Below are positions 1 through 14,510 of a DNA stretch of 64,000 nucleotides, one piece after another. The DNA lies in contig OZ024751.1 of NCBI GenBank assembly GCA_964016885.1, forward strand, positions 41,912,001 through 41,976,000, given 5' to 3'. The translations under genes were made by a program, and so were the position numbers. Under the pieces are notes generated by a model. That model did not search any database. It worked only from the letters and a program-made list of their open reading frames with translations, and had not been told where the DNA came from. Each line of letters starts with the position of its first letter. The stretch's first letter is position 1. Origin of the DNA: Eledone cirrhosa (taxonomy: Eukaryota).

Positions 1-179
1 GTCTTCATATTTGTGCTCCATGTTTGTTCCCTAAATATCACAAAATGCAAATATTGTTTTTGCAATTTTTGAAAATGATGTTAATTAGAGTAAACCTCAG
101 GTCTTACCTTATTACTTTTACACCAACGCAACTTTGGAACAAATTACTGTCGGAAACTCTTGTCCCTCATCCGCCACGC

Positions 180-595
180 ATGTTATTCTACATCTGGCAT
201 CACCTACACCAAGGTCACTTTGGTATACATTATTGTCGGAATGTTATTGTACATCTGGCATCACCTATACCAAGGTAACTTTGGTAGACATTGTGGATTG
301 GCAGTATCGGTAGAGGGTCGGACGCCATGCTTTGCAGCACAGTTACGTCCCTTTACGGACTGAGTTCAAATCCCGCCGAGGTTAACTTTGCCTTTCATCC
401 TTACGGGGTCGATAAAATAAAGTACCAGTAATACATTGGGATAATTGCTGGGTTTGTGCCAAAAAGTAGAAACAATTATTGTCGGAATGTTATTGTACAT
501 CTGGCATCACCTACACCAAGGTAACTTTGGTAGACAATACTGTCGGAAACTCCTGTCTCACCTCCTTCACACATGTTATTGTGCATCTGGCATCG
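180..595 (+). repeat. ~60-bp imperfect tandem repeat interrupted by the SINE
   Basis: Recurring tgttattgtacatctggcatcacctacaccaaggtaactttggta. Confidence 0.75.
295..480 (+). mobile_element. tRNA-derived SINE (full copy)
   Basis: Box A TGGCAGTATCGG and box B GAGTTCAAATCC, conserved body ctttgcctttcatccttacggggtcgataaaataaagtaccag, (TTA) tail. Other copies: + at ~3938, 11530, 12570, 26040, 31387, 48440, 61490; - at ~22200, 23200, 30718, 37008, 40333, 44076, 61040. Confidence 0.88.
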
Positions 596-2834
596 CCCAT
601 ACGCCAATTTATTTGTACTTTGTAGTTGATCATCGCTGTTTTTATATGAAAGTGGGGCATAAAAATATTTTGGATGTTGAGTTGAGGCATGGGGCACTAA
701 AGGTTGGGAACCACTGTTCTATGGAGTGCGTAGCTCGGATATCAGAGAGTCACTCCAAGTAGAGCCGTTACTTCTTCAAATTGGGAGATCACAGCTCCAG
801 ACATGTATAATATTTAGGTTACAAGCGGCCTCCAGTGTCCCTTATTCATTTCGATTTCCATAGTGAAACTCTAATTCAAAATATATATAATTAAATATAT
901 ATAATGTAATAAACAGTCCGTCTCGTTGACGTTTTGGAAAGGATAAATTTACTTTTAGTGAATTATAAAATGTATGGCATTGATGTTTTGTAATAACCGT
1001 TTTGAACATTGAATTAAAACCAAAAACTGAAAGGCCTCTCGTGACACTGAAAAATATTTTATCTGAAAATTAGTTACTTTTTTTTTTCAGATTCAGGAAC
1101 TATCAGATAAACATTTAAATTAACTTTTTTCTAAATCCTTTCACAGTAAATCATTTATAGAAAAGTTTCCTTGCATATTAAACTCGCCATGTGTATCCGA
1201 GAAATCTGACTGGGAGAAGATCGTGTGCATTAAGAAGAAAAAAATTCACTGCGACAAGAAATTATTCTTGATAACTAAATGTAATTTTAATTTAATCTAG
1301 CAATTGTGAAGTTCTAAGAGAGAGGGGTGTTGTAATAATGATCATGGTAGAGATAGCTTTTGTTGTCATGTTGGCTGATATTCTTAAGGTGTCTAAAGTT
1401 GGTTATATTAGTGATTAATGTTAAAGAAGTCAAAACTGATTATCTGAGTGGGTGGTTACGTAAAAAACGAACAGTTTACCTCGCCCTGGGATAAAAGGAA
1501 ATTGATTTTTTTCAAAATTCTCATAACTAAACATACTACTAAAACATACTACTTTATAAAATAAAGATATAAAACAGATAAATAAACGATACCAGATGTG
1601 ATCTCAACTGACATTACTCCATCATTGGGAAATTTTATGCAAGAGAACACAGAGCTATTTTACATCTATACACATCTTCACTGTGGACAAAGCATAGTCG
1701 AGTAGTTAAAAAGATCGATTTATAATCAATTATTAAGCCCCGAAATCAATAAATCGATACCCCTGCGAGGAATTTTAGGCAAGTGCCATTTACCATAGCT
1801 TCAGATCGATCCAAGTATTGTTAAGGAAATTTGGGTATACAGAAAATGTTTGGAAATCCGTCGGATGGACTCTGTACCTGTAATTGAAAAGGCCAGCCAG
1901 CCCTTGTCAGATACTGTTTCATGCAGTGGGATCTCTCTGAGAATTACGATAAGGGTACACCCATCTGTGGAATACTAAGACACTTCCCTATGGAGCAAAA
2001 TGGACTCTACCAATAATTCAGCCATTTACACATTAATTAATTTCATGAGCAGGCTGTTCCATTGATCGAACGACTGGAACACACATCGTCGAACTCGACG
2101 AAGGTCCATTCCGTCCGAGGTAAATGGAGGATCTACAACAGATTTTTAATACAAATTCCTTAAAATGCCATATGTCAATATGGCGTCCCTACGACTCTTT
2201 CAGGAGTTACGGGAACATGATACATATGTTATATTTCACGACTCTACACACCAGTACAACCACACTATTACAAATTATCTACACTACATTACACAAAGTA
2301 TTACAATAGATGTATATATAGAGAGAGCGGGAGAGAGATTTATTGTAATACTTTATACGCATATATATATATATATTGTTTTCCTGTTGATTGGAGCAGG
2401 ATTAGGGGGTGGGAACAGCAAGAAAATTACCTATTGCTAAGGGCCACCCTAATATATATATATAAATATTCAGCTCAAACGGACAACTATTAGGAGACCC
2501 TCAAACGCCTTGAAGTTGGAACATAGTATACGCAACGATTAATTCTGTTCAAAAGAGGTATACTGTTCCCTATCTCGACCATTTTCTTTTTTCTTCTTAG
2601 AGAAATTTATGTGGACACATCCAGGCAACCCCAGAAAATGTTTAAAAACGTTCTGACTCAAATTTACCAATAGTTAATTTGAAAACTTCCTGAAATAACT
2701 TGAAAAACTTAAGAAATATTAGGTTTTCTTAATAAAGGACACAACTTCTATAAGAGAAGCGTATTTTTATTTACAACAATAACTTCTATAGAATCAAAAA
2801 CATAATGTGAACACTGAACACTGAATATTGAACA

Positions 2835-3250
2835 TTATTTTTGCATAAGAGAGGATTTAGTGGCAGTTGGGTATGTTTTACGGGTTTCGGTAACGGTCTG
2901 TAAAACAAATTGTTTCTCAGTTTCATTTTTTGTGAGAATGTTATTGTAATCCTGAATGAGTTTGACACCTCTTTCTGCAACATCATTCACAACAACTGTC
3001 TTCTCAAGTTTTTCAAGTCCACTTTTGTAACCAGGATCATCCTTCCATGTTGAAGGGTCTTTGTCGAGGAAATCGGAGCTGATAGAAAATCTCGTGAAGA
3101 AAGTTTTTGTACCAGGAGTTACAAAAGACGAAAACTCAATGTTTGTAAAGGAAGAAAAGTCATTTTGGTGCAGAATGTACCTCTTCAGTTGATTTTTTTC
3201 TTCTTCCTCTTCTTCACCTTTGTCTGCTTCTAGCATAACTTGAGCAATAT
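2835..3250 (-). mobile_element. hAT-like (hATm-type) transposase C-terminal fragment
   Basis: FL..DP..W..D..Y and VVNDVAERGVKLIQDY..TKNE..KQF.LQ.V motifs. TIR-like ttagggyggccctt sequences lie at 2422-2451 and 3682-3711. Confidence 0.7.
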
Positions 3251-3498
3251 TTGCCTTAACCTTTCCTTGCCCTCCTTTTATCATTGCTCTCCTTGCTCTC
3301 CTTGTTCTCCCTTTCTCCTTGCTCTCCTTGCTCTCCTTACTCTCCTTGTTCTCCTTTTCTCCTTGCTCTCCTTGCTCTCCTTTTCTCTAGGCTCTCCTTG
3401 CTCTCCCTTTCTCCTTGTATCTATGTACTTGTTTATATACAAATACAAGGAGAAAGGGGAATATATACATATATATATGTATGTATATATCTCAATTT

Positions 3499-3554
<56 letters not shown>

Positions 3555-3555
3555 C

Positions 3556-3623
<68 letters not shown>

Positions 3624-3867
3624 TACTCAATACCGAGTACTAATTTCTCTCAGCTACCAACCACATACGGATATATGTATATTAGGGCGGCCCTTAGCAA
3701 TAGGTAATTTTCCGATAGTTAAAATGTTGTTGTTCCTACAGTGAGTTCTGTCCCCAGCTTTGCAAATTGCCTTCCCCATTATATTTATCTGAAAATAATG
3801 ACTTTCCGGGCGAAAACTTCAATTTCTGATGGCGTAAATATACAATACAATAGGAGGAACGTAATAG

Positions 3868-3910
3868 CACCACTGACGATGTTGCAGATGTGCAACGAAA
3901 GAACTTTGTT
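3868..3910 (+). ncRNA. Hammerhead-like motif (related to 12957 family; weak stem I)
   Basis: CUGACGA-U-GUUGCA-GAUG-UGCAAC-GAAA-GAAC-UU. The element continues to 4290 and recurs, diverged, at about 46785-47090. Confidence 0.5.
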
Positions 3911-4299
3911 AGACTATATATATGTGTTTATATCTATATTGGCAGTATCGGTAGAGAGTCAGACGCCATGCTTTGAAGCATAGTGTTACCTCCCTTTATG
4001 ATCTGAGTTCAAATCCCGCCGAGGTTAACTTTGCCTTTCATCCGTACGGGGTCGATAAAATAAAGTACCAGTAATACACTGGGATAATTGCTGGCCTTGT
4101 GCCGAAGGTAGAAACAATTATATCTGTATTTTTTACCGTTGGTCAGTCAATGGTAAACATTGAGGACCGAATGAATTAACTGATATAAAAGATACAGAAG
4201 CGAAAACCAACCAAATAGTGAGTGTGTTCTGTTATTAATTCTGACAATATTATTACAACAATATGACCCTCCCCAAGTATAACAATATATATATATATA

Positions 4300-4402
4300 T
4301 ATGTGTGTGTGTGTATGCGTGAGTGTTTGTGTGTGTGTGTGTGTGCGTGCATGTACGTGTGTCTGTGTGTGTATAGTGGTATTAATATATATATGTGTGT
4401 GT

Positions 4403-4479
<77 letters not shown>

Positions 4480-4487
4480 TGTGTGTA

Positions 4488-4518
<31 letters not shown>

Positions 4519-4652
4519 GTGCGTGCATGTATGTGTGTCTGTGTGTGTATAGTGGTATTAATATATATATGTGTGTGTGTGTATGTGTGTGTGTTTGTGT
4601 GTGTGTGTGTGTGCGTGCATGTACGTGTGTCTGTGTGTGTATAGTGGTATTA

Positions 4653-4688
<36 letters not shown>

Positions 4689-4755
4689 GTGTGTGCGTGC
4701 ATGTACGTGTGTCTGTGTGTGTATAGTGGTATTAATATATATATGTGTGTGTGTA

Positions 4756-4805
<50 letters not shown>

Positions 4806-4852
4806 CATGTACGTGTGTCTGTGTGTGTATAGTGGTATTAATATATATATGT

Positions 4853-4893
<41 letters not shown>

Positions 4894-4992
4894 GTGGTAT
4901 TAATATATATATGTGTGTGTGTGTATGTGTGTGTGTTTGTGTGTGTGTGTGTGCGTGCATGTACGTGTGTCTGTGTGTGTATAGTGGTATTA

Positions 4993-5033
<41 letters not shown>

Positions 5034-5551
5034 CATGTACGTGTGTCTGTGTGTGTATAGTGGTATTAATATATATTTGTGTGTGTGTGTATGTGTGTGT
5101 GTTTGTGTGTGTGTGTGTGCGTGCATGTACGTGTTTCTGTGTGTGTATAGTGGTATTAATATATATATGTGTGTGTGTGTATGTGTGTGTGTTTGTGTGT
5201 ATGTGTGTGTGTGTGCGTGCATGTACGTGTGTCTGTGTGTGTATAGTGGTGTTAATATATATATGTGTGTGTGTGTATGTGTGTGTGTATGTGTGTGTGT
5301 GTGTGCGTGCATGTACGTGTTTCTGTGTGTGTATAGTGGTATTAATATATATATGTGTGTGTGTGTATGTGTGTGTGTTTGTGTGTGTGTGTGTGCGTGC
5401 ATGTACGTGTTTCTGTGTGTGTATAGTGGTATTAATATATATATGTGTGTGTGTGTATGTGTATGTGTTTGTGTGTGTGTGTGTGTGTGTGCGTGCATGT
5501 ACGTGTGTCTGTGTGTGTATAGTGGTATTAATATATATATGTGTGTGTGTA

Positions 5552-5599
<48 letters not shown>

Positions 5600-5646
5600 C
5601 ATGTACGTGTGTCTGTGTGTGTATAGTGGTATTAATATATATATGT

Positions 5647-5687
<41 letters not shown>

Positions 5688-5786
5688 GTGGTATTAATAT
5701 ATATATGTGTGTGTGTGTATGTGTGTGTGTTTGTGTGTGTGTGTGTGCGTGCATGTACGTGTGTCTGTGTGTGTATAGTGGTATTA

Positions 5787-5827
<41 letters not shown>

Positions 5828-6268
5828 CATGTACGTGTGTCTGTGTGTGTATAGTGGTATTAATATATATTTGTGTGTGTGTGTATGTGTGTGTGTTTGT
5901 GTGTGTGTGTGTGCGTGCATGTACGTGTTTCTGTGTGTGTATAGTGGTATTAATATATATATGTGTGTGTGTGTATGTGTGTGTGTTTGTGTGTATGTGT
6001 ATGTGTGTGTGTTTGTGTGTGTGTGTGTGTGCGTGCATGTACGTGTGTCTGTGTGTGTATAGTGGTGTTAATATATATATGTGTGTGTGTGTGTGTGTAT
6101 GTGTGTGTGTTTGTGTGTGTGTGTGTGCGTGCATGTACGTGTGTCTGTGTGTGTATAGTGGTGTTAATATATATATGTGTGTGTGTGTATGTGTGTGTGT
6201 ATGTGTGTGTGTTTGTGTGTGTGTGTGTGCGTGCATGTACGTGTGTCTGTGTGTGTATAGTGGTATTA

Positions 6269-6308
<40 letters not shown>

Positions 6309-6367
6309 TTATGTACGTGTGTCTGTGTGTGTATAGTGGTGTTAATATATATATGTGTGTGTGTGTA

Positions 6368-6398
<31 letters not shown>

Positions 6399-6463
6399 GC
6401 GTGCATGTACGTGTGTCTGTGTGTGTATAGTGGTATTAATATATATATGTGTGTGTGTGTATA

Positions 6464-6494
<31 letters not shown>

Positions 6495-6534
6495 GCGTGC
6501 ATGTACGTGTGTCTGTGTGTGTATAGTGGTATTA

Positions 6535-6570
<36 letters not shown>

Positions 6571-6676
6571 GTGCATGTACGTGTGTCTGTGTGTGTATAG
6601 TGGTATTAATATATATATGTGTGTGTGTGTGTGTGTGCGTGCATGTACGTGTGTCTGTGTGTGTATAGTGGTATTA

Positions 6677-6719
<43 letters not shown>

Positions 6720-6777
6720 CATGTACGTGTGTCTGTGTGTGTATAGTGGTATTAATATATATATGTGTGTGTGTGTA

Positions 6778-6829
<52 letters not shown>

Positions 6830-6880
6830 CATGTACGTGTGTCTGTGTGTGTATAGTGGTATTAATATATATATATGTGT
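4300..6880. repeat. Minisatellite with constant ~50-bp core and variable (GT)n
   Basis: gcgtgcatgtacgtgtgtctgtgtgtgtatagtggtattaatatatatat repeated more than 30 times. Confidence 0.92.
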
Positions 6881-7489
6881 ACGTATTGTTTATTCCATAA
6901 CAGTGTGTTTAACCCCCGCGAACGTCTTTGCCAATATCAAAAGTAACATCAACGGTTGCCACAAGCAATATTTGCACCGTATTTAGCAATGGATGGTAGT
7001 TTAGGCTTTTGTTTCTCATCCTTCGGCATCTTCCGTCTTCTGGAAGTTTCTGTCGCTTTCTAAACACTTACATGTAATTGCATTTTTACATCTCAGCACA
7101 GCCTCAAACCACATTTCAGTCGGTCTGCTCGGCTAATCAGATCTGACACTCATTCGTCAAAATATCACTGCATTTATATATCCTACCCTACATTCTTCTG
7201 CCTGTCTGTCTGTCTCTCTATCTCTCTCTCACACACAGACAGACTTTATATATATATATATATATATAAATATAAATTTAGCGAGAATCGCATTTCGGCG
7301 GGTAGAAATTAGCGAAACGCAACTTCCGTATTGTGCAGACAAGCGCTCCATGGATATGAAGAAGATACCAGAGCTATAAACATAAGTTAAAATAGTCATA
7401 CAAACTGAGACGATGGTTAAGAAGCCATTAACTACTTTAGCCAAAAGAGCGAACAAGTTAAACGGGTCAAACAAAATAAGATATGATTG

Positions 7490-7521
<32 letters not shown>

Positions 7522-7523
<2 letters not shown>

Positions 7524-7697
7524 CGAAGGAAATGTGGTAAGGAACCAGGTGGACCATAACGCACCAAAGTACTCAATACTTAGGGTAGTAGAGTGGGTAA
7601 TAGGAACAAGTAAGACCCCGACGGCTGAGCTCAAGCCGTTTCGACGGCTAATTCAAGTCGAAACGGCTTGAGCTCAGCCGTCGGGGTCTTACTTGTT

Positions 7698-7701
<4 letters not shown>
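7522..7701. mobile_element. (TA)n-embedded foldback element (family also at 16540-16672 and 42340-42550)
   Basis: Perfect hairpin of about 45 bp at 7601-7701; shared body gtggtaaggaaccaggt.gaccataacgcacca. Confidence 0.7.
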
Positions 7702-7736
<35 letters not shown>

Positions 7737-8185
7737 GTGAGGGTTTTTTTTACAAAATGAAAAATAACCGAGGTGTCCTACACGAGTGAAAGTATAAAGA
7801 AAAAAAGATGAAATCGAAAATGCAACTGGAGTCTTATTTTTTTTTAAATATATATATCTATTTTGTTCCTTTACCGGTTTCGCAGTAATTCTGCTTTACA
7901 AAAGTATAATATGTATATATACATATATATATGTATATGTATATGTATATATATGTATATATAGAGATAGATAGATAGATACAATTATATATATATATAT
8001 ATACATGTATACATATATATATATATGTGTGTGTATATGTATGTATATGTGTGCATACATGGATATATATACATATATATATGTGTATATATATATATTT
8101 ATATATGTATGTCTATATATGCATATCTATATATATATATATATATGTTTATATACTCCTCTCTCTCTATCTTTCTCTCTCTCTA

Positions 8186-8293
<108 letters not shown>

Positions 8294-8746
8294 TATATAT
8301 ATATATAATATGTTGCATACCTTTCATCTTTTGTTTTCGTTAAAAGGTTTTATCTGATCTCACAGTAACATACACCAAACGGTTGCAAATGTCCTCACAG
8401 ATTTAAACAGATGCGTACATACGTGTATATATGAGTTGTAGTTAAACATCTATATATGTGTGTGTGTTTGTAAGTGTGTGTGTGGGCATGGGCATTTGAA
8501 AATATACCTTGCTTTAGGAGGAAAAGACAACACAATGTAGATACCTATAAATAATACTTATATAAGTCAAGTCAAGCAAAGTAACCCTGGAGACAATAAA
8601 AAGTGGACAAAAACACCTCCAGGGAACGAACCACGTGTCTGCCGTATGCCGGACGACCGCATTTAAGCATTACAGTAAATTGCATCTTACCGCTTACTAA
8701 ACATTAAAATATATATACATATATATATACATACATGCATATATAT

Positions 8747-8781
<35 letters not shown>

Positions 8782-8791
8782 CATACATACA

Positions 8792-8924
<133 letters not shown>

Positions 8925-9069
8925 CATAAACACAAGAATGTATATAAAGAGAGAAAGAGAAAAAGGGAAAGAGAAAGAAGGAGAAGGAGGAGATAGAGAA
9001 AGAGCGATCGATAGATAGATAGACAGATATATAGATAAATAGATAAATAGATAGATAGATAGATAGATA

Positions 9070-9603
9070 GATTTCTTTTATTTGCCACTAGGGCATCAAA
9101 AGTGGGACAAGTACAAAGGGGGGAGTTTACACAAAAAGGCGTCCTCAATAAGGAGGAGGCAATAACAAAATATAAAAATAAAATAAGATATCACAAAAAA
9201 TAAAATTTTTAACAAAATCCTCAATAGAGAGGAGGCGCCTTGGGGGGTCGCACACACCCCCGAAAAAAGTGTGCAACCCTTCTCCTCAGGAGCACAGAGA
9301 AGGGGTGCTCCCTTGGTCTTTCATCTTCCTCACCTATAGTCTGATGTAGAGTGAAGGCCCATTCACACGGGCCATTCTCGCCACTTTCACCCATCTTTCA
9401 TAGAAACGGCTGGGGTGCAGCACCTCTCTCTCCATCCTGATCCTTCTTCCGAAATGATATCGGAAGAAACGGACCAGTTGTTGGCCAGAGAGAAAGGTGC
9501 CTGACCTCAGTCCTTTCAGACGCGTCCACCATACAACCTCTTTCGCCATGGCTATTACGCACAGAAACACCGCCTCTGCTTCATCTTTGAAGGGGGGAGG
9601 CGG

Positions 9604-9605
<2 letters not shown>
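9070..9605 (-). mobile_element. Tx1/L1-like 3' fragment
   Basis: AMAKEVVWWTRLKGL..ERWVKVARM plus the same 3' terminus, inserted in (GATA)n. Confidence 0.8.
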
Positions 9606-9640
<35 letters not shown>

Positions 9641-9689
9641 GAGAGAGAGATTTCTTTAATTGCCACAAGGCTGCACAAGAAAAGGGGAC

Positions 9690-9753
<64 letters not shown>

Positions 9754-9757
9754 ATAG

Positions 9758-9788
<31 letters not shown>

Positions 9789-10307
9789 GATAGATAGATA
9801 GAGAGATAGATAGAGAGATAGAGAGAGAGATAGGTAGGAGGAGGTTTAGAGAAAAGAAATGGTTTGTTTAAAAAAAAACAGAAGTAAAAGGTGAAATGTC
9901 TGGCTGAACTGTCAGTGGAAATGGCGAGAAATTGATGAAATCTTTAATAATTAAAAACTATTTGAACTGTGAACAGATGTTTTCATGGAGTTTAGTGTTT
10001 TATTTGTTTGATATCGAACTAATAATTGCAGCCTTAAGTCTTATTTTACTTTCAGACTCAACTATAGAAATGGCAAGTCTTCCATTAAGAAGCGATTTGT
10101 TATTTTTATACACACTCTCGCACTCTCTCTCTCGTATACACACACACACTCACGTACACACACTCTCGTATACACACACACACGCACACTCACGCACACA
10201 TACACACATACAGAGAGAATACATTCACACATACGCATATACGCATATACGCATATACATACACAACATACGCGCCAGACACATATTTTGTATTTACATA
10301 AATATTT

Positions 10308-10358
<51 letters not shown>

Positions 10359-10554
10359 GGAGGTGAGTTTTATTGTAGTACAATAAAGCAATGCAGATAT
10401 CGGATAAGAAGCACTCTACAGTTTGTAGGACTGGAGTATAAATAATATATATGTTGATTTAAAACTCCACTATTCACAAGTGTGTTTTAACCTTCATATC
10501 ATGTCTCCCTATTTTATCTGACGAAAACGCAAATGTTATTGCATGATGATATTT

Positions 10555-10625
10555 GTTTTTATTATGCGCATTTCAAAAACAAATATCATCATGGGATGAT
10601 ATCTGCGTTCTCATCAGATAAAATA
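10555..10625 (-). ncRNA. Type I hammerhead ribozyme (same family as 14511) within an inverted-repeat element
   Basis: Minus strand: UUUUAU-CUGAUGA-GAACGCAGAUAUCAUC...UUUUU-GAAA-UGCGCA-UA-AUAAAA. A plus-strand copy truncated before GAAA lies at 10512-10560. Confidence 0.7.
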
Positions 10626-10941
10626 GGGAGACATGATATGAAGCTTAAAAAACACTTGTGAATAGTGAAGTTTTAAATCAACATATGAGAAATAAATTAA
10701 GATGGATGTATGAGATTGGGAAAAAGTGAGAGGGGTTGGAAAAGGTAAGGAAGAGGAAGAAATAAGAGTAAAGGATGGTGGGGGAGGAGTATAAGAAGGA
10801 AGGATGAGAGAGGAGGAGAGATGGGTGATAGAGAGAGAGAGAGATAGCCTTTACATTGCTTTATTGTGCTACAATAAAACTCACCTCCTACATATATATA
10901 TATATATATATGTGTGTGTGTATATATAAATATATATATAC

Positions 10942-11041
<100 letters not shown>

Positions 11042-12135
11042 GCATATATATATAGAGAGAGGGGGGGGAGAAACAGAGAGAGAGAGAGAGAGAGAGATGT
11101 AAAACCCATATACAAAAACCTACATAAATAACGTTAATAAATTAATCAGTTCGCTTAAATAAAAAGTAATTTATCATCACAAGCAATATTATTAAACTAA
11201 CTACACAGAATATCAAATAAAAAATGTCCGACGCTCTACCGATTCTGCCAATCCACCGCCATCATAAATACATAAATAACCTTTAATTAACAAAAATCAG
11301 TCCGCTTAACCCTTTAGCCTTTACATTACTCTCTATATACTATTGTATGTTTGCAGTAAAGGCTTTACCTCACATAATTATCTCACACAATATCAAATCC
11401 ATGAGATCTTTATGTTATTTATTTTGAGAACAATACCTTAACATCAGTATGAGCGACCAGTTATGACCGGTTTGAACAGAAAGAGGGGAGAGAATTCTGG
11501 TCGGTTTAAGGAAAGAGCCATTTATCGCGGTGAATGGCAGTATCGGTAGAGGATTGGACGCCATGCTTTCTAGCATAGTTACGTCCCTTTAGGGTCTGAG
11601 TTCAAATCCCGCCGAGGTTAACTTTGCCTTTTATCCTTACGGGGTCGATAAAATAAAGTACCAGTAATGTACTGAGTAATTGCTGGCCTTGTGCCAAAAG
11701 TAGAAACAATTATTTCCTTACTTGTTGATTAAACTTACTACACACAATATCAAATCAAAACTGACAAGCTTTGGTTTTAAAAAAAAATACTCTATGACAG
11801 CAACGTGCCAATGTCTAGCTTCACTAACCGATCGTGATCCGATCGTGTAAACAAACATAGCTGTCCATGTTGCCAACGAAGTCACTTGACATTTTCTAGT
11901 CTCTTCTTTCCGTTATTTACACATTTTTAAGCAATCCAAACCACAGCCATGCTTACTTCGATGTGATGAACGTAAAAAGCTTAGGAGAGATGAAAGAGAT
12001 ACGTTTTTGTTTTGTTTTGTTTTGTTTTTTAATATAATACAAGAATCGTAAATATTTAATGGCCAGTGCTGCTGACGTGAGAGAATGTGATTCCCATTGG
12101 AGATGAAATATTATAAATTAACTCTAAATATATAC

Positions 12136-12360
12136 TGTACGGTCATATCAAAAGATCAACTCGTGGTGTGTGTAAGTTATGCCTAGAAGGAAAGTTGGCT
12201 GGGAAAAAAAGCAGAGGTCGGTAGCCAAAACGATGGCTTGACAATGTCAACTTATGGACTGGACTTCACCTTTGCTCTTTAAACTCTGTTGTTGGTGATC
12301 GAACTTTGTGGAGAAAAATATCTCATATTGATGCGCAGGCTGCAACTGGTGGAGTTTAGC
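12136..12360 (+). mobile_element. Degenerate RTE-type LINE 3' end
   Basis: LYGHIKR..LEGK..GKKSRGR*PKRWLD motif. Confidence 0.6.
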
Positions 12361-12371
12361 GTCTGGATACT

Positions 12372-12410
<39 letters not shown>

Positions 12411-12818
12411 ATGTGTGTGTGTGTGTATGTGTGTGTGTTAGTTAATTCCGAAGGAAAAGCAAAATGTATATTTGCCGTTATTTTTCCAGCCTCATTTCCA
12501 ATTTTTAACAGATTTTAAATCTCATTTCATATCTTTTATCCATAACATCTCTGTCTGACGACCGATCCAGGGATTGGCAGTATCGGTAGAGGGTCGGACG
12601 CCATGCTTTGACGCATAGAGCTACGGCCCTTTATGGTGTGAGTTCAAATCCCGCCGAGGTCAACTTTGCCTTTCATCCTTATGAGGTCGATAAAATAAAG
12701 TACCAGTAATGTACTGGGGTAATTGCTGGCCTTGTGCCAAAATTAGAAACAATTATTATTGTCTGGGATCCAGAAACCTTTGGTAATGGAGTAGTTATAT
12801 TTTGTGTTGTTCACTTTC

Positions 12819-12861
<43 letters not shown>

Positions 12862-12956
12862 TTGTTTATATATTGTCAAAGTTCTTTCGTCACACAAAAC
12901 AAGATGGCGTAAGACAGAACAAAGGAGAGGCACAAAAACAAAGAAAAGAATCCCCA

Positions 12957-12999
12957 GTCACTGAAGAGGTCACAGGATGTGTGACGAAAGAACTTTGAC
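12957..12999 (+). ncRNA. Type I hammerhead-like motif
   Basis: GUCA-CUGAAGA-G-GUCAC..GUGAC-GAAA-GAAC-UU-UGAC. An inverted partial copy lies at 12858-12893. Confidence 0.65.
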
Positions 13000-13670
13000 A
13001 ATATATAAACAACCATCTGGTTGTGGAACCAACCAACCAACCGGAAATTTATAAATTCCTAAATTTATAAATTTATTATAATAAATTGAAGTGAAAGCAA
13101 CTGGTGCGTGTGTTTCTTATTGGCAACATGACCCTCCCAAAGTATAACAATATATATATATATATATATATCTTCTTTGTCCTGTAACTCCCGATGGAGT
13201 CGTAGGGTCGCCATAGTGACATATGGCGTTTCTTAGGGTATTTTTAAGCCTGGTGGAGCCCTCTCCTCTCCAGGCCTGAGTACAGCAAATTTCTTCCAGA
13301 GACGGATAGAAAGTGAGATGATGGAAGCAAGAAAGAGATATAGATGAACAATCGACCTCAGTACATGACTGGTACATGATAACAAACTATCCTCCAATTC
13401 TGTTTGTTTTATAAAGTGTTAAACATATCTGTGTGTGTCTGTGCGCGCGTGTGGGTGTGGGTGTGGGTGTGGGTGTTTGTGGGTGGGGGGTGAATGTCTG
13501 TATACGTATATGCGCGTAGTTGATTGTGTGTATGTTTATGTTCTGGATATTTATTTTTTTTATACATATTTTTTTTATTTTTTTTTCCCCTATTTCCTTT
13601 TTTCAGCCTCACTTTCATATTTCCTAAATTTTGTTTTTCAAATCGATATTTAATAAAAACACCATGTTAT

Positions 13671-13738
13671 TTATTCATTCTGACGGCTGAAGACAGACAC
13701 AACATCTGCCTTCAAGAAACCACTGGTAAATGAAATAA
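13671..13738 (+). ncRNA. Hammerhead-like motif with variant core
   Basis: UUCAUU-CUGACGG-(UGAAG..CUUCA hairpin)-GAAA-CCACUGG-UA-AAUGAA; A9 is replaced by G. Confidence 0.5.
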
Positions 13739-13828
13739 TTATCTTATGTTGTTTATTACATAACTAATAAGCTCTGTAGCCTACATAGAGCACTCTTTTT
13801 TCCTGTACCTTTCCGACGGAAATACTTC

Positions 13829-13888
<60 letters not shown>

Positions 13889-13928
13889 GCGATCATTTTG
13901 GAAAATTAAATGTCTAATTTTGAGTTCG

Positions 13929-14002
13929 CTCCTGATGATTCCGAAGCTCTGGACATTCTCTGTTAACGGATGTCTTAAAATACGGATGAAACCATGGTAG
14001 AG
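13929..14002 (+). ncRNA. Type I hammerhead ribozyme with extended stem II
   Basis: CUC-CUGAUGA-U-UCCG...CGGA-U-GAAA-CCAUGG-UA-GAG; palindromic stem III. Confidence 0.7.
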
Positions 14003-14272
14003 GTAATTAGGTATGTACGCAATTCTTCTAAGTTCAATTTGTGTTTAGTTGACTGTATATCTGGTCGATTTTTACATGCTGTCGAAATGTTAGATAAATA
14101 CTCTATCGTAGCCACCGCGAAGGGGCTACTTTCGGTTATTTGTCGGAGATTTCTTCATAGGAGCCTTTATTCTTATAGCTTGGTCTAATTGATTTTTTAT
14201 ATGGTTAATTATGCTAATTGGGAGAGGAAATGGTATATATTATATCTAGTGATTCTAAAGATATATTTTATG

Positions 14273-14352
<80 letters not shown>

Positions 14353-14510
14353 GTAGGAGGTGAGTTTTATTGTAGTACAATAAAGCAATGCAGATATCGG
14401 ATAAGAAGCACTCTACAGTTTGTAGGACTGGAGTATACATAATATATATATGTTGATTTAAAACTGCACTATCCACAAGTGTTTTTTAGCCTTCATATCA
14501 TGTTCTCCTG

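Noticed and set aside
1091-1123. Possible plus-strand terminal exon (poly-T-cag | IQELSDKHLN*)
   Set aside because: The acceptor looks good, but it is too short, with no homology or upstream exon in the window.
2160-2215. Similarity to receptor intron 5 sequence (28061, 61828), suggesting a third paralog
   Set aside because: No matching exons nearby; likely a short interspersed repeat.
4300-6880. Constant repeat with variable spacers, superficially CRISPR-like
   Set aside because: The spacers are only (GT)n length variants; the context is eukaryotic and there are no cas genes.
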